64,000 nt of DNA from a virus. The translations under genes and the position numbers were made by a program. This document shows positions 8,790 to 19,996 of the stretch, piece by piece. The notes beneath the pieces are model-generated. The model was not told the DNA's origin. It was given only the letters and a program-made list of their open reading frames with translations, and made no database searches. The stretch lies in IMG/VR virus record IMGVR_UViG_3300036770_004511, positions 3,672-67,671 of that record; one strand, written 5' to 3'. The number at the start of each line of letters is the position of its first letter. Within the stretch, counting starts at the first letter, position 1.

Positions 8790-10373
8790 TTAATACCTTA
8801 ATTCTATGTAACCGTCACTACCATTTCCGCCACCGCGGTGTCCATTTTGACAACTATGCCCGCCACCACCCCCGTTACCATTGCCGGTTGCGTGGTTTCC
8901 TGGATTAAAGTTTGAGACGCCGGTTCCGCCTGCACCATAGGTACTACCACCACCGTTTTGTCCACCCCCACCACTACCGTCGCCGGTCGCAGCGTTGCCT
9001 GCACTACCTGCCGTAGAGCCACTGTTTGTCCCCGCGTTGACAAGAAAAGAACCGCCTGCACCAGCAACTGTGTTAACTTTTCCACTGCCACCACCATAAC
9101 CGATATTTGTAAATCCAGTGGTATTCTCCCCTGCGACACCATTACTACCACAACTAGTGGCTCCTAATCCTTTAGCCCCAACTACTAATGTATACTGTGT
9201 ACCTGCGGTAACTGGTACATCTAAGGCATTGGCATAGCCTCCTCCTCCGCCACCAGCTGCCCATTGTCCGTTTCCAGAGTTACCACCACCACCTGCTCCT
9301 ATTAAGATGAGTCTGCTCAGTTTGCTAAGTGTATCCGGAGCAGTCCAGAAATATGTTCCCGCTGTGCTAAACGTTTCAATTATTGGTGCCCTAACAGTAA
9401 TAGAAAATTGCCTCGCATTCGTATTAATCCCATCGGTTACTGACACAGTAAAGGTATATGTAGTGTCAGCAACTACATTGTTAGGCGTTCCTGTTAGTGC
9501 TCCTGTACTGGTATTGAAACTCATATTAGGAGGCAAACTGCCAGTGGTGATCGAGTAGGTTAACGGTTGCCCGTCAGCATCAGTGGCCGCTGCTGACAAT
9601 AAAGTATAATTTGTTCTATTGCTGTCGTAAATTGACCCCAATGATCCTGCTGCTGTTGTAAATGTAGGAGATCCACCACAATCAACAACATCTTGAAGTG
9701 TAACAGTCATTCCTGCCGGGCTAACTACTTGTACATCCAGTGGCTCTTCGGCTACTGTAAAAGCTCTAGGTGTAGTTGCTGTAATATTATTAAGATTATT
9801 AATAGTAACTGTACCTGCTGTCACCGCATTACCAGAATTTGTAATGAATCTAACACTAGTACCTGCTACAAATCCGCTACCAACAATAGTGAACACTGTT
9901 TCTGCATTGCCATTGAACGTTGTTGGGCTAACTGAAGTAATACCTAAACCACTCAATTGTACCCAATCATTACCATAGAACTCGAGAGCATTAGCTGTTG
10001 TATTATACCTTGCCATTCCTGTGTGCGGACTCGCAGGACGCTGTGCTGTTGTGCCTGAAGGTAAATCAAAATAGCCTGTGCTTGTACTAGCGATATCGTA
10101 AACAGCGGCTACACCACCTCCGCCACTGGATCCACCACCTCCCGATATACCAGCCCAACCACCGTTAAAATATACAGCCACATCGCCGGTATTTTCATCT
10201 AACCATAGACTACCTTCTGTGGTTGACGCAGGTTTGGTTTCGCTGACAGTTATAGTGGCGCCGCCGGCACCTGCGCCGCTCTTTGTCCAACCGTTACCAT
10301 TGAAGGTCCAGGTCGTACCACTGTAGATATAAGTTTGGTTCAAGGTAGGATTACTAGGAAAACTTAAGGGCAT
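8790..10373 (-). CDS. Fibre/appendage protein with IPT/TIG-like and Ig-like (He_PIG-like) domains and one glycine-rich domain
   Basis: ITSVSP..FTIVGSGF (IPT-like); ATDADGQPLTYSITTGSLPPNMSFNTSTGALTGTP (Ig-like); Gly-rich C-terminus. Confidence 0.75.
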   Translation of the reverse strand: MPLSFPSNPTLNQTYIYSGTTWTFNGNGWTKSGAGAGGATITVSETKPASTTEGSLWLDENTGDVAVYFNGGWAGISGGGGSSGGGGVAAVYDIASTSTGYFDLPSGTTAQRPASPHTGMARYNTTANALEFYGNDWVQLSGLGITSVSPTTFNGNAETVFTIVGSGFVAGTSVRFITNSGNAVTAGTVTINNLNNITATTPRAFTVAEEPLDVQVVSPAGMTVTLQDVVDCGGSPTFTTAAGSLGSIYDSNRTNYTLLSAAATDADGQPLTYSITTGSLPPNMSFNTSTGALTGTPNNVVADTTYTFTVSVTDGINTNARQFSITVRAPIIETFSTAGTYFWTAPDTLSKLSRLILIGAGGGGNSGNGQWAAGGGGGGYANALDVPVTAGTQYTLVVGAKGLGATSCGSNGVAGENTTGFTNIGYGGGSGKVNTVAGAGGSFLVNAGTNSGSTAGSAGNAATGDGSGGGGQNGGGSTYGAGGTGVSNFNPGNHATGNGNGGGGGHSCQNGHRGGGNGSDGYIELRY

Positions 10374-10374
10374 T

Positions 10375-11877
10375 TTAGGTCAATACCACTCTGATAACTA
10401 CAATTCCACTACCACCACTGCCGCCATTATTATTTGTATTAAAATGAGTACCACCTCCTCCTCCACTGCCGGTGTTGGCACCTGCTGCTCCGCCCACTGT
10501 ACTAGTCTGACCGCTTTGCCCGGCATAGGCCGGGTTCAATGCACTACCACCGGCTGCGCCGCCACTAGGACCGGCTCCACCTCCCCCTCCACCAATTCCA
10601 CCGGCTCCACCGTTTCCACTGTAACCTCCACTGCCGCCGCCGCCGGCCCAATAATAGTTAGTACCTAAAATATCATTGGCGGTGCCGGGACCGCCGTTAC
10701 CAGGAGCAGTTGAACCGGCTCCAGCCGATCCGCCGCCACCACCCGAATACCATTCGCCATTACTAGGGCCGCCAGCATAACCTTGTCCTGCTGTTCCCAA
10801 GGCATAATTATTATTTCTTCCTGAACTTCCACCGCCGCTGCCGCCTACTCCTGCAGCTATAGCTGACTGATTATCACTGCGATGTCCACTTGCGCCGCCA
10901 CCGCCACCAATGGCGGTTAGGGTATGAAATACACTATTGCCGCCATTGGATCCACGCGATCCGCCGGCACCCACTGGTGCCCCTGAACCGCCGGCACCCA
11001 CTGTCACTGTATAGGTACCCGCCGGCACCAACAAACTATTTTCTGCAAGATACCCGCCGGCACCGCCTCCGCCGCCCATATCATTTCCGCCACCAGCGCC
11101 ACCGGCTACAACCATACATCTGACAGTAATATTTGCATTAGTTATAAAAGTACCTGACGTAGTAAAAGAATGAACTCTTACATTACCAGTCTGGGTAATT
11201 GTCCCCCCAATTGGTGCGTCAGAAATCGTAATAGGAACAGTATTTGTTAATCTACCATAGACATCACTTATTTGTAAACTGCCATTAGTACCAGAAGCTA
11301 AATCACTAACCGTAGTCGGCACTGTTACAGTTATAGAACTAGTGCTAGTAAATGTAACATTAGCAGGTATCACTGATCCACTAAATACGAATCTTACAAC
11401 ACCAGGCCCTAATAAAAAATTAGCACCACTTATAGTAATTGAGTTAGTGATACCTTTCCAAATATATCCGCTTACTCCAATGATATAAGGATCACCACGG
11501 CTATTACTGGTTTTTAAATTTCCTGCGCTATCATAAGTACCGTCTAATGTAAAAGTTTCGTTCACACCGATTGGTACTCTGGTAGCTGTCCTCTGTGTTC
11601 CGTTATTATCTAACTTTAAATTAACGGTAGCAGTCGCCGTGTCTTTGTTAAAAATAGTTAAACTACGTACTACTCTCCTATAACCCGACGCCGGAGCTGC
11701 AACTAAAGTAACATCTGTGGTTCCGTTTAAAACTCCATCCGTAGATCCTTCTGTAAATACTGTGCTATTGCTGTCTGCGTAGGCAACAGTGAATTCAGGA
11801 TTAGTGGTGGTTACCGCCGTCGTAAGGTTAGCTTTAAGCGTTTTAGTAGTTGAATCTAATACAAAAATCTGCGGCAT
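10375..11877 (-). CDS. Fibre protein with N-terminal VLDxTTKTL adaptor domain, IPT-like domain and glycine-rich domain
   Basis: N-terminal ~115 aa are clearly homologous to 11881-12210; C-terminal MVVAGG...GGSGIVVIR domain. Confidence 0.75.
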   Translation of the reverse strand: MPQIFVLDSTTKTLKANLTTAVTTTNPEFTVAYADSNSTVFTEGSTDGVLNGTTDVTLVAAPASGYRRVVRSLTIFNKDTATATVNLKLDNNGTQRTATRVPIGVNETFTLDGTYDSAGNLKTSNSRGDPYIIGVSGYIWKGITNSITISGANFLLGPGVVRFVFSGSVIPANVTFTSTSSITVTVPTTVSDLASGTNGSLQISDVYGRLTNTVPITISDAPIGGTITQTGNVRVHSFTTSGTFITNANITVRCMVVAGGAGGGNDMGGGGGAGGYLAENSLLVPAGTYTVTVGAGGSGAPVGAGGSRGSNGGNSVFHTLTAIGGGGGASGHRSDNQSAIAAGVGGSGGGSSGRNNNYALGTAGQGYAGGPSNGEWYSGGGGGSAGAGSTAPGNGGPGTANDILGTNYYWAGGGGSGGYSGNGGAGGIGGGGGGAGPSGGAAGGSALNPAYAGQSGQTSTVGGAAGANTGSGGGGGTHFNTNNNGGSGGSGIVVIRVVLT

Positions 11878-11880
11878 TGA

Positions 11881-12210
11881 TTAATCCCCGTACCAGGTTT
11901 CACCTGATTGTAGTGTAACCTTAGCTATTTGTCTTTGTGTTCCGTTGCTATTATATTTAAGATTAAATGTAACGGCTGCTGTATCACCGTTATATACTGT
12001 AATATATTTAACTATTCTTCTTGTACTAGCTGCTGGTGCTGCAACAATAGTTACATCTGTTGTACCGTTAACAGCGCCTTCTGAGCTGCCTTCTACAACC
12101 GTGTTTGCACTAGTGTCAGCATAACAAGCAGTGAATTCTGGGTTGCTGGTAGCCACTGCCGCAGTTAAATTGACTATCAATGTTTTAGTAGTTGTATCCA
12201 GTACGTACAT
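11881..12210 (-). CDS. Small adaptor-like beta protein (109 aa, start corrected to MYVLDTTTK)
   Basis: ATG at 12210 follows the upstream TAA after a 2-nt spacer. The longer track ORF overlaps 12213-12542 and its extra N-terminus is not homologous to the paralog. Confidence 0.75.
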   Translation of the reverse strand: MYVLDTTTKTLIVNLTAAVATSNPEFTACYADTSANTVVEGSSEGAVNGTTDVTIVAAPAASTRRIVKYITVYNGDTAAVTFNLKYNSNGTQRQIAKVTLQSGETWYGD

Positions 12211-12212
12211 AA

Positions 12213-12542
12213 TTAACCTGTAAACCAAACATAAGCATTTGTCACTGATTGCCCAGGAGCTCCGTTGGATCCTGCAGGCCCGGTAGCGCCTGTAGCACCA
12301 TCCTGTCCCGAACCACCACCTCCACCGCCGGACAATATCCAACCCCCGGCAGCGTAAACATATAGATCACCAGATTCACTATTCAACCAAAGTTTACCTT
12401 CTGTGGGATAGTCCGGTACAGTGGCACTTACACTTGTACCTGTAACAAGTTGACGCCAGCGACTACCTATCCAAATCCAGGTTTTTCCACCTGCGGTGAA
12501 AATTTGGTTTACAGTGGGGTTACTAGGGAACTCTATAGCCAT
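12213..12542 (-). CDS. Short fibre adaptor: FPSNP module, APxSP-GxLW module, mini collagen and aromatic C-terminal tail (NAYVWFTG)
   Basis: 109 aa; motifs visible in the translation. Confidence 0.7.
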   Translation of the reverse strand: MAIEFPSNPTVNQIFTAGGKTWIWIGSRWRQLVTGTSVSATVPDYPTEGKLWLNSESGDLYVYAAGGWILSGGGGGGSGQDGATGATGPAGSNGAPGQSVTNAYVWFTG

Positions 12543-12550
12543 AATAATAT

Positions 12551-14278
12551 TTAACCTAACGAGATGTTTCCTGTTCCAGCTGTAAATTTATAGATATAAT
12601 AACCAGGTCTTGCACTTGAGTCTAAAGTATAACTTAATCCCACGTTAATATTACTCAATTGGTTGGTTAGTGCGAGAATTACTACCCCGGATCCACCACT
12701 GCCGCCTTGAGCGACGGTACCGTACGGACCACCAGGTCCGCCGTGTCCTCCGCCACCTCCTCCGGTATTAGCAGTGCCTGATCCCGACGACGTTCCATTA
12801 CATCCACTGCCACCGGCACCGCCACCACCGGTGCCACCGGCCTGCGGCACGCCTTCTGCGCCACCGCCGCCCCCACCACCGTAGTAAACATTAGAACCAG
12901 TGATATTAAATTGTCTACCTACACCAGCAACACCTGCTGTTGCAGTACAACCGCTAGTGCCGCCAGGTCCTGGGGCGTTTCCGCCGACCCCGCCTGCACC
13001 GCCCCCACCGCCGCCTGAGCCTGCACCATACATACCCGAGTTACCGGCACCACCAGATGAACCATATCCTGTAAACGGAGATTGATTAGTCTGTGTAGGC
13101 GATGTATAAGCAGCGGTTGCGCCAGTGCTTCCGCCCGAACAACCGCCGTTGCTATCGTGTCTACCTCCGCCATAGGCATAGTAAGTATTGCCATTGGTTG
13201 TAATGGTAGAGTCGGATCCCGAGCTTCCGTTATCCTGAGGTTGCCCGGCTGCGCCACCTGCACCAACTGTTATTGAAGCCTGCCCAATAATAGTTAATGA
13301 ACTAGTGTAAATTATACCACCGGCTCCACCACCGCCACCGGCTCCACCATAATAAGATCCTTTGCCAGCTCCACCGCCGCCTACAAGTAAGGCCTCTGCA
13401 GTTGCCGTCGGCAACGGAGTTGGTGTTGGAGTTGGCGTTGGTACAGGTGTTGGAGTGGGCGTTGGTACAGGTGTTGGAGTGGGTGTCGGAGTGGGTGTCG
13501 GAGTTGGCGTTGGTACAGGTGTTGGAGTGGGTGTCGGAGTGGCTGAATTTAAGTCGACCGTTTTCCATTCACCGAGATAATAAACTTCAAATTTTCCTAT
13601 GGTACTGTTTATTCTCATTGCACCAGCTGGTGGAGAGACCGGTCTTTGAGCCGTAGTTCCAATTGGGATATCAAAATATCCAGTGCTGGTAGAAGAAACA
13701 TCATAAACTTGTGTAGAACTGCTACTACCGCCTCCGCCTGCCCCGCCAATTTCAGCCCAGGCATTACCAAAATATATACTCAGGTCACCAGAATCTTCAT
13801 CTAACCATAAACTTCCTGACTTTGGTGACGCAGGTGCAGAGTTACTAACAGTGACAGTAGCGCCACCACCAACTGTTAGAACATTACCTTCTGAATCCGT
13901 AGTAATTAAACTGCCTGTGCCCGCAGTTAGAACAATAGTATTACCACCGGAAGTCAAACGCAAACTGTCTGATATAATAGGAACAGTCAGTGAGTTCGCA
14001 CTGTTTATAAAGCTAACTCCATTGGCTGTACTTTTTACTTCTGTACCACCTAGATCTATAGTGTTACCTGACAGATAAAGATCACGCCAACGTTTGGCAC
14101 TGTGCCCTAGATCGAAAACTTCGTTATGGCTGGGTATTACATGACTACCAATGGCTTCCATGTTGATCATGGCAGTTGATGCATCAACTTGCCAACGAGA
14201 CCCAGTCCATTTATAGGTAGTATTACCTATAGTAACTGTGTCATTGACTTGCGGGTTAGATGGAAAATTTATTGGCAT
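12551..14278 (-). CDS. Fibre/appendage protein with Pro-Thr linker and glycine-rich domain
   Basis: FPSNP; [23 protein letters not shown]; GTTAQRP; (PT)n; LLVGGGG...GGSGVVIL. Confidence 0.8.
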   Translation of the reverse strand: MPINFPSNPQVNDTVTIGNTTYKWTGSRWQVDASTAMINMEAIGSHVIPSHNEVFDLGHSAKRWRDLYLSGNTIDLGGTEVKSTANGVSFINSANSLTVPIISDSLRLTSGGNTIVLTAGTGSLITTDSEGNVLTVGGGATVTVSNSAPASPKSGSLWLDEDSGDLSIYFGNAWAEIGGAGGGGSSSSTQVYDVSSTSTGYFDIPIGTTAQRPVSPPAGAMRINSTIGKFEVYYLGEWKTVDLNSATPTPTPTPVPTPTPTPTPTPTPTPVPTPTPTPVPTPTPTPTPLPTATAEALLVGGGGAGKGSYYGGAGGGGGAGGIIYTSSLTIIGQASITVGAGGAAGQPQDNGSSGSDSTITTNGNTYYAYGGGRHDSNGGCSGGSTGATAAYTSPTQTNQSPFTGYGSSGGAGNSGMYGAGSGGGGGGAGGVGGNAPGPGGTSGCTATAGVAGVGRQFNITGSNVYYGGGGGGGAEGVPQAGGTGGGGAGGSGCNGTSSGSGTANTGGGGGGHGGPGGPYGTVAQGGSGGSGVVILALTNQLSNINVGLSYTLDSSARPGYYIYKFTAGTGNISLG

Positions 14279-14286
14279 AATTATAC

Positions 14287-14595
14287 TTAACTATCTACTT
14301 TATGTGACCACCAAGTGTCAACAAAATCACTTAATTCATCGTCAGTTAATGGTTGGCTATCTGCGCCAACTTGTTGTTCGGTGATGCTTTCATCGTGTTG
14401 TATTCTTATTAATCTATCCAATAGATCTCGCTTTGATAATTCTATAAGTGTATCTGGCACATAGTAATTTCTATTAGATTCTATAACTGCCACGTAAGTC
14501 TGGCCGTCCCAAAAATATCCGCCATCAATGATCCAATCGGGATGATCTACACCACGTTTGGTCATATGTAATCTGTATTCAAAAACTTGTTTCAT
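14287..14595 (-). CDS. Hypothetical protein (102 aa, start corrected to [10 protein letters not shown])
   Basis: ATGA overlap with the stop of 14592-16463; [10 protein letters not shown] motif. Confidence 0.65.
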   Translation of the reverse strand: MKQVFEYRLHMTKRGVDHPDWIIDGGYFWDGQTYVAVIESNRNYYVPDTLIELSKRDLLDRLIRIQHDESITEQQVGADSQPLTDDELSDFVDTWWSHKVDS

Positions 14596-16463
14596 TTTAC
14601 GAAAATATATCCCAAGCCCGGATACCTGGCATCGGTACTCCATCTATGACCACCGGCATTGACGTTCCTTACCCCGGAAGCTAAATTTGTGTAATTATTC
14701 GTATAAGTCCCCATTCCTACAGCAGCATCATTACTACTACAATCACCTTCATTATTCATAGTTATACCCCATCTCATAGAGCAGTTTGTAACATTAGTTA
14801 CATTGAATCCTGTAGTATTACAATTAGGTTGATTGTCAAAATTACTGGATGCCTGCCCAGTTCCGGTTTGAAACCAAGTCATAAATTGTGCCCTACTGTT
14901 TTGGCTAGACGACTGCGTTCCTGTAAAAAAAGATTTGGCAGTGTTTCCAGTTTTAGCTTCTAATAGGGCGTTTGATACAGTTCCGAGCGCTAGTCTAAAA
15001 CCAGTAGTTAATGTAAATTCATAATACAATCTATTTACACTGTGGTTTCCGTCATCGGCTAATAACGTACAACCTGTTTCATTTACTGGAATAGTAGTTG
15101 TCCAATTAGCTCCGCCGTACATGAAAGAATCAGTTTGTGTAGCAGAAATTTTAGCTACCAACATATACCCGCCGTTTGTCATATCACAATAGACTTGAAC
15201 AGGCCCAGAACTTGATTGAATCCAATAGATGCCATCGCCTTTACTAGCACCGGCAGCAATTATAGCTGCTGCTGAACTTGCAGGATTCGTAGCTGAGGAT
15301 CCCAAACTTGATGATATTGCTGCCCATAAACTATTTGCGTAGCCTTCTATCTGTCCTGTAGTTGAGTTATATCTTATCCAACCATTTATAGGTGATGCTG
15401 GGCGTTGGGCAGTAGTTCCGCTAGGGATAGCAAAATAACCAGTAGAACTAGTAGCTGTATCATATATGGCTGCTGCCGAACCAGGTGCTCCGGCTGGTCC
15501 AGTTGCACCTTGTGCGCCGGTCGCACCTGCTACTCCAGTGGCACCTGTAGCACCAAATCCGGTCGCACCTGTGGCACCAGTGGATCCTAAGCTACTTGAC
15601 ATATCACCACTGGGACTACTTGTTACTAACCCATTGCCGCTAGTACTTATACTAACCGCATTGTTACCAGTTCCGATAGTGATACTACTTACAGCGATAG
15701 ACACCGGCTGACTAGCATTGGCCACACTAGTGAAACTAACACCATTGCCAGTGGTTTTGATAGCAGTACCGCCCAGGTCGATGGTATTGCCCGACAAATA
15801 CAAATCACGCCAACGTAAGCTACTAGATCCTAGATCAAATGCTACATTGGCTGTGGGCAAAATACTTGTAGAAACTGCCTGCAGATTGACAGATGCACCA
15901 CTTATGACAGTATCTATATAAGGCTCAACCCAAAGATAATTGTCCCCGTCGTAGATATAGACAAACTCACGCAGAGTATCACTGTCCATCCAGCGATCGC
16001 CGATACCGGCTGTTGTAGGTGCTGTATTACTAAAAACAAAGTTTCCACTGCCACCGCCACCGCCGGATCCACCTGCAGGTTCTAACCAAAATGCGTTATC
16101 ACCATCATTGACATAAACTAATTCAATTAGGTCTTCGGAGTTTATCCAGCGATCACCAACTACCGGACTAGTTGGTGCGATATTGCTAAATGTTAGCGTA
16201 TACCCTGCACCTCCGCCACCTGACACAGTTACAGTTACATCGTTGCCTGAGGCAATGGCATTAACAGCACTGCCTACAAAATTAATACTACTAACAGCCG
16301 AAGTTATTACATTGCCTTCGTCGCTGACAGTGATATTAGCTAGGCCAACAGCCCCTCCGCCGGCAATTACAATTTGCCAATAGCGGCCATTCCAAGACCA
16401 AGTATACCCATTAAACGTATACGTTTGGTTTAAACTTGGATTTGAGGGGAAATTATAAGCCAT
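14592..16463 (-). CDS. Fibre protein with C-terminal fibrinogen-like (YCDMxxGG) domain
   Basis: FPSNP; two GDRW...DGD...W modules; collagen stub; GTTAQRP; GDGIYWI..VQVYCDMTNGGYMLVAK. Confidence 0.8.
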   Translation of the reverse strand: MAYNFPSNPSLNQTYTFNGYTWSWNGRYWQIVIAGGGAVGLANITVSDEGNVITSAVSSINFVGSAVNAIASGNDVTVTVSGGGGAGYTLTFSNIAPTSPVVGDRWINSEDLIELVYVNDGDNAFWLEPAGGSGGGGGSGNFVFSNTAPTTAGIGDRWMDSDTLREFVYIYDGDNYLWVEPYIDTVISGASVNLQAVSTSILPTANVAFDLGSSSLRWRDLYLSGNTIDLGGTAIKTTGNGVSFTSVANASQPVSIAVSSITIGTGNNAVSISTSGNGLVTSSPSGDMSSSLGSTGATGATGFGATGATGVAGATGAQGATGPAGAPGSAAAIYDTATSSTGYFAIPSGTTAQRPASPINGWIRYNSTTGQIEGYANSLWAAISSSLGSSATNPASSAAAIIAAGASKGDGIYWIQSSSGPVQVYCDMTNGGYMLVAKISATQTDSFMYGGANWTTTIPVNETGCTLLADDGNHSVNRLYYEFTLTTGFRLALGTVSNALLEAKTGNTAKSFFTGTQSSSQNSRAQFMTWFQTGTGQASSNFDNQPNCNTTGFNVTNVTNCSMRWGITMNNEGDCSSNDAAVGMGTYTNNYTNLASGVRNVNAGGHRWSTDARYPGLGYIFVK

Positions 16464-16496
16464 ATTTCTTATTTATTTGTATATTTTAATTCAAAT

Positions 16497-19400
16497 TTAT
16501 AGGTTACCGGTATTTGTTGAGGGCCAACTACGACCGGCTCCCCAAATAATTCTTACGATTCCGGAAGCGCCATTACCGCCGCTATTACCACCTCCACCAC
16601 CACCCCCACCATAATTGCCTCCAGGACCTGCCGCATCACCTGGATGATAACTTATTCCGGCAGTGCCAGCAGCACCTCCACTTCCACCACCGCCACCACC
16701 ACCTGATGCTACGCCTGCTGTGCCATTGGCGCCTTGGCCTAATTCGCCGACTCCGCCACCGCCACCAGAAGTAGGCGTAGAACTACCAGCAGCTCCACCA
16801 GCAGCTCCACCGCCACCACCGCCAGAACCCGCAGTGCCATTGGCCTGATTCAGACCTCCTGCGCCGCCGGTTCCGGTATAACCACCTGCACCACCTGCGC
16901 CACCACTTTGGAAAGTTGCACCACTATGATTATTACCTGGGCCGCCATTGCCGCCGCCATCACCTGTATAAGATCCGCCGCCTCCCCCTGCATTATTGCC
17001 TGCACCACCACCACCGTTTCCACTAACAGTACCTGCACTAACGAAATAACTCTGTCCTCCGTCGGCGGCCGGCCCAGAACCGCCCCGTCCTCGTTGTGCT
17101 CCGCCGGCACCAACAACTATAGTATAACTTTGGCCTGCAACAACCGGAATATTATTCTTCCAGCCTAAACCTCCGCCCCCACCACCTGAACTACCACTGT
17201 ACCCGTTATGTCCTCCCCAACCGCCTGTACCTCCCCCACCGCCCCCGACACAGAGCACGTGAACGCTACTGACTCCTGCAGGAGCTACCCAAGTGTAGGT
17301 CCCTGCTGTTGTATACTCAATTTGACCAGTGGCCGGAGCCGGTGGAATCGGAGTAGGTGTCGGAGTAGGAGTAGGTATTGGAGTTGGGGTTGGAATAGGA
17401 GTAGGAATAGGTGCAGAAGTTGTAACAACAAAATATCCGGCGCTGGTAAATGTATGCAAGGTATTACCATTGTGGGTGCTCACTGAACCACCGGTAGCGA
17501 GCTGTGTAGTTCCCGGATATTTGAAAATTACAACTCCAGCTGCCCCGCCTGCGCCTTGACCTCCGCCTCCATTTCCGTAACTTTGATTGGTATAATTAAA
17601 AATAGACGCTACACCAGTGGGCACAGTTGCGCTACTAGACGAACTACCGGCATAAGTTGCTGAGCCTGTTCCAGTAGCATAATTGGCACCGCCATTGGCA
17701 TTAGGTCCATTTATACCTCCTCCTACACCGCCATTTAATCCACCACCGCCGCCTCCAGCTCCGCCTCCGTCGCCGCCTCCGAAATCAGCTCCGGTACCGC
17801 CGGTCATACTGCCCGAACTTCCGTTTGGCTGATTCCCTCCAGGTAACCCTGCATAGTTGTCGGCGTTACCTTCTCCTCCGCCGCCTCCGCCTCCGCCTCC
17901 GGCGGCAACTGCTAGGTAACTGCCAGAGAAAAATACTCCGGACCATCCGCCGCCTGACCCACCTGCTCCAGAAAAACCGCTGCTGCCTGATCTTCCACTG
18001 GCACCGCCACCATTGGCTCCGCCCGGATTACTGTAATTTTGTGACTCGCCTGAATTTGTTATTCCGCCCCCACCAATGCTGACTGTAACATTAGAACCCG
18101 AAATTAATGTAGCCAATGAATAGGCCGCTCCGGCTCCTCCTCCGGCTGCGCCTCCTCCGCTGCTGTTATCTCTAGCGCCACCAGCACCACCGGCGCCAAC
18201 TGCTAGAATCTCAACATCTAAACTACTAGGAGGAATTGGAGTCGGCGTTGGAATTGGCGTCGGCGTAGGTGTTGGAGTAGGAGTTGGTATTGGAGTCGGC
18301 GTTGGAATAGGTGTAGGTATTGGAACAGGCACCGGCGGTATGGGTGTAGGTGTCGGGGTCGGTGTAGGTATGGGTGTAGGTGTAGGGGTCGGTGTAGGTA
18401 TGGGAGTAGGTGTAGGAATCGGTGTAGGTATGGGAGTAGGTGTAGGAATCGGTGTAGGTATGGGAGTAGGTGTAGGAATCGGTGTAGGAACTTCAGCATA
18501 GCGTATACCATTGGGTTTTACTGCACTCGTACCGTCGGCATTATAAACAAAAAAGTGATATGACCCTATATTTTTAGCAGGACTTGTAAACTGAAATGCA
18601 GTTGGTGTTAGATTTGCACTCACACATTCGATATCATCAACATAGGCTAACAGATTTGGAGCAAATCCTGTACCTTGCACAGTAATAGTCTGTCCTCCAG
18701 CATTACTGGCAAAATTAAATCCACCAGGATAAACAAGATTAGTTATTTTTACTGCTTGCCCAATCGCTTGTCCGCCTACTGTGCTACCAACTGGAAGTTG
18801 AACTGCCGGCCCTGTGCTAGTTATTACAGCACTGCCTAGTATAATGCTGCTTCCACTTAAGTATAAATCGCGCCAGCGTCTTGAGCTAGAACCTAAATCA
18901 TAAGCAACATTTGTGTTAGGAACTAAACTTGCGTTAATTGCAGTATTTGGATTTAAATTGCTAAGATTAGTATTGGCTCCTATTGAAGCAATACCAACTG
19001 CTTTACTGATTATCTCTACCCATTGAGTGCTGTCGCCGTCATTGAGCAGCACAAGTTCTACCATGTTATCCGTGTCAACCCAGCGATCACCGACATTGGC
19101 CCCTACGGGTACAGTATTACCAAAGAATACTTGTCCAGGACCAGTGGCTCCTGTAGCTCCAGTGGCACCACCAGGACTGCCAGGGAAACCTGTAGCCCCT
19201 TGCGGTCCTGTTGCTCCACTGGTTGTACTGGCACTTTGAACAATTATTTCACTATCTACTGTAGGAGCAGTGTTAAACAGTATCCACTGACTGTTAGCAG
19301 TAAAATTAATATTAGGTGTTTGATAAATTCCATCAACAAAAGCAATAAGTTGATTGGTATTCGCTATGTTACTCTGCAGATCAAAGTCTGTTTGTGTGCC

Positions 19401-19973
19401 AGTACCAGTAAATGTTCTAGTAAACGCACTTACCGCACCAGCAACGGTTACATTACCAGCTGGACCTTGTGGGCCAGTGGCACCAGTTGAACCTATGTCA
19501 CCAGCTGCCCCAGGGAGACCAGCTGTTCCAGTAGCTCCTGTAGCACCTGTGGCTCCTGCTCCAGTGGCACCAGTTGCACCCACATCCCCTGGTGTACCAG
19601 GATTTCCTGGAGTTCCTGCTACTCCTGTAGCACCTGTGGTACCTGCGCCGGTGGCACCAGTGGCTCCAATTGGTCCTTCGGGCCCTGTGGAGCCTATTGG
19701 GCCTGCGGGCCCTGTAGATCCTTGTACGCCTGTGGCACCTGGAGGTCCTGCAATGCCAGTGCTACCAATTGGACCTTGAGGGCCGGTAGCACCTGTGCTA
19801 CCAATTGGACCAGTGGCACCTCCGGGACTGCCAGGAATACCCGTAGCACCTGTGCTACCAGTAGCTCCTTGGAACAGAATAGGTGCCCAACGTTCCCCAT
19901 CCCAGCGCCAACTATTTGTGTTGTAGCTGTAGGTTTGACCTAAAACTGGATTTGAGGGAAATAATAAAGGCAT
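16497..19973 (-). CDS. Large fibre protein: FPSNP, collagen-like segment, IPT-like domain, Pro-Thr linkers, two glycine-rich domains
   Basis: 1158 aa; Gly-X-Y runs; long (PT/PI)n tracts; ILAVGAGG and VLCVGGGG domain starts. Confidence 0.8.
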   Translation of the reverse strand: MPLLFPSNPVLGQTYSYNTNSWRWDGERWAPILFQGATGSTGATGIPGSPGGATGPIGSTGATGPQGPIGSTGIAGPPGATGVQGSTGPAGPIGSTGPEGPIGATGATGAGTTGATGVAGTPGNPGTPGDVGATGATGAGATGATGATGTAGLPGAAGDIGSTGATGPQGPAGNVTVAGAVSAFTRTFTGTGTQTDFDLQSNIANTNQLIAFVDGIYQTPNINFTANSQWILFNTAPTVDSEIIVQSASTTSGATGPQGATGFPGSPGGATGATGATGPGQVFFGNTVPVGANVGDRWVDTDNMVELVLLNDGDSTQWVEIISKAVGIASIGANTNLSNLNPNTAINASLVPNTNVAYDLGSSSRRWRDLYLSGSSIILGSAVITSTGPAVQLPVGSTVGGQAIGQAVKITNLVYPGGFNFASNAGGQTITVQGTGFAPNLLAYVDDIECVSANLTPTAFQFTSPAKNIGSYHFFVYNADGTSAVKPNGIRYAEVPTPIPTPTPIPTPIPTPTPIPTPIPTPTPIPTPTPTPTPIPTPTPTPTPIPPVPVPIPTPIPTPTPIPTPTPTPTPTPIPTPTPIPPSSLDVEILAVGAGGAGGARDNSSGGGAAGGGAGAAYSLATLISGSNVTVSIGGGGITNSGESQNYSNPGGANGGGASGRSGSSGFSGAGGSGGGWSGVFFSGSYLAVAAGGGGGGGGGEGNADNYAGLPGGNQPNGSSGSMTGGTGADFGGGDGGGAGGGGGGLNGGVGGGINGPNANGGANYATGTGSATYAGSSSSSATVPTGVASIFNYTNQSYGNGGGGQGAGGAAGVVIFKYPGTTQLATGGSVSTHNGNTLHTFTSAGYFVVTTSAPIPTPIPTPTPIPTPTPTPTPIPPAPATGQIEYTTAGTYTWVAPAGVSSVHVLCVGGGGGGTGGWGGHNGYSGSSGGGGGGLGWKNNIPVVAGQSYTIVVGAGGAQRGRGGSGPAADGGQSYFVSAGTVSGNGGGGAGNNAGGGGGSYTGDGGGNGGPGNNHSGATFQSGGAGGAGGYTGTGGAGGLNQANGTAGSGGGGGGAAGGAAGSSTPTSGGGGGVGELGQGANGTAGVASGGGGGGGSGGAAGTAGISYHPGDAAGPGGNYGGGGGGGGNSGGNGASGIVRIIWGAGRSWPSTNTGNL
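18331..18490. repeat. 30-bp tandem repeat encoding the Pro-Thr/Ile linker
   Basis: ggtgtaggtatgggagtaggtgtaggaatc occurs three times exactly (18391-18480), with degenerate copies before it. Confidence 0.9.
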
Positions 19974-19996
19974 TTTAACCGTAATTAACCAAGTAT

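Noticed and set aside
11881-12342. Track starts for 11881-12342, 14287-14643, 53603-53899 and 63186-63995
   Set aside because: The first three overlap upstream genes and have better coupled starts at 12210, 14595 and 53833; the gp47 start lies outside the window.
18331-18490. Regular ~30-bp repeats as a possible CRISPR array
   Set aside because: Head-to-tail with no spacers and in frame within a CDS encoding a Pro-Thr linker.
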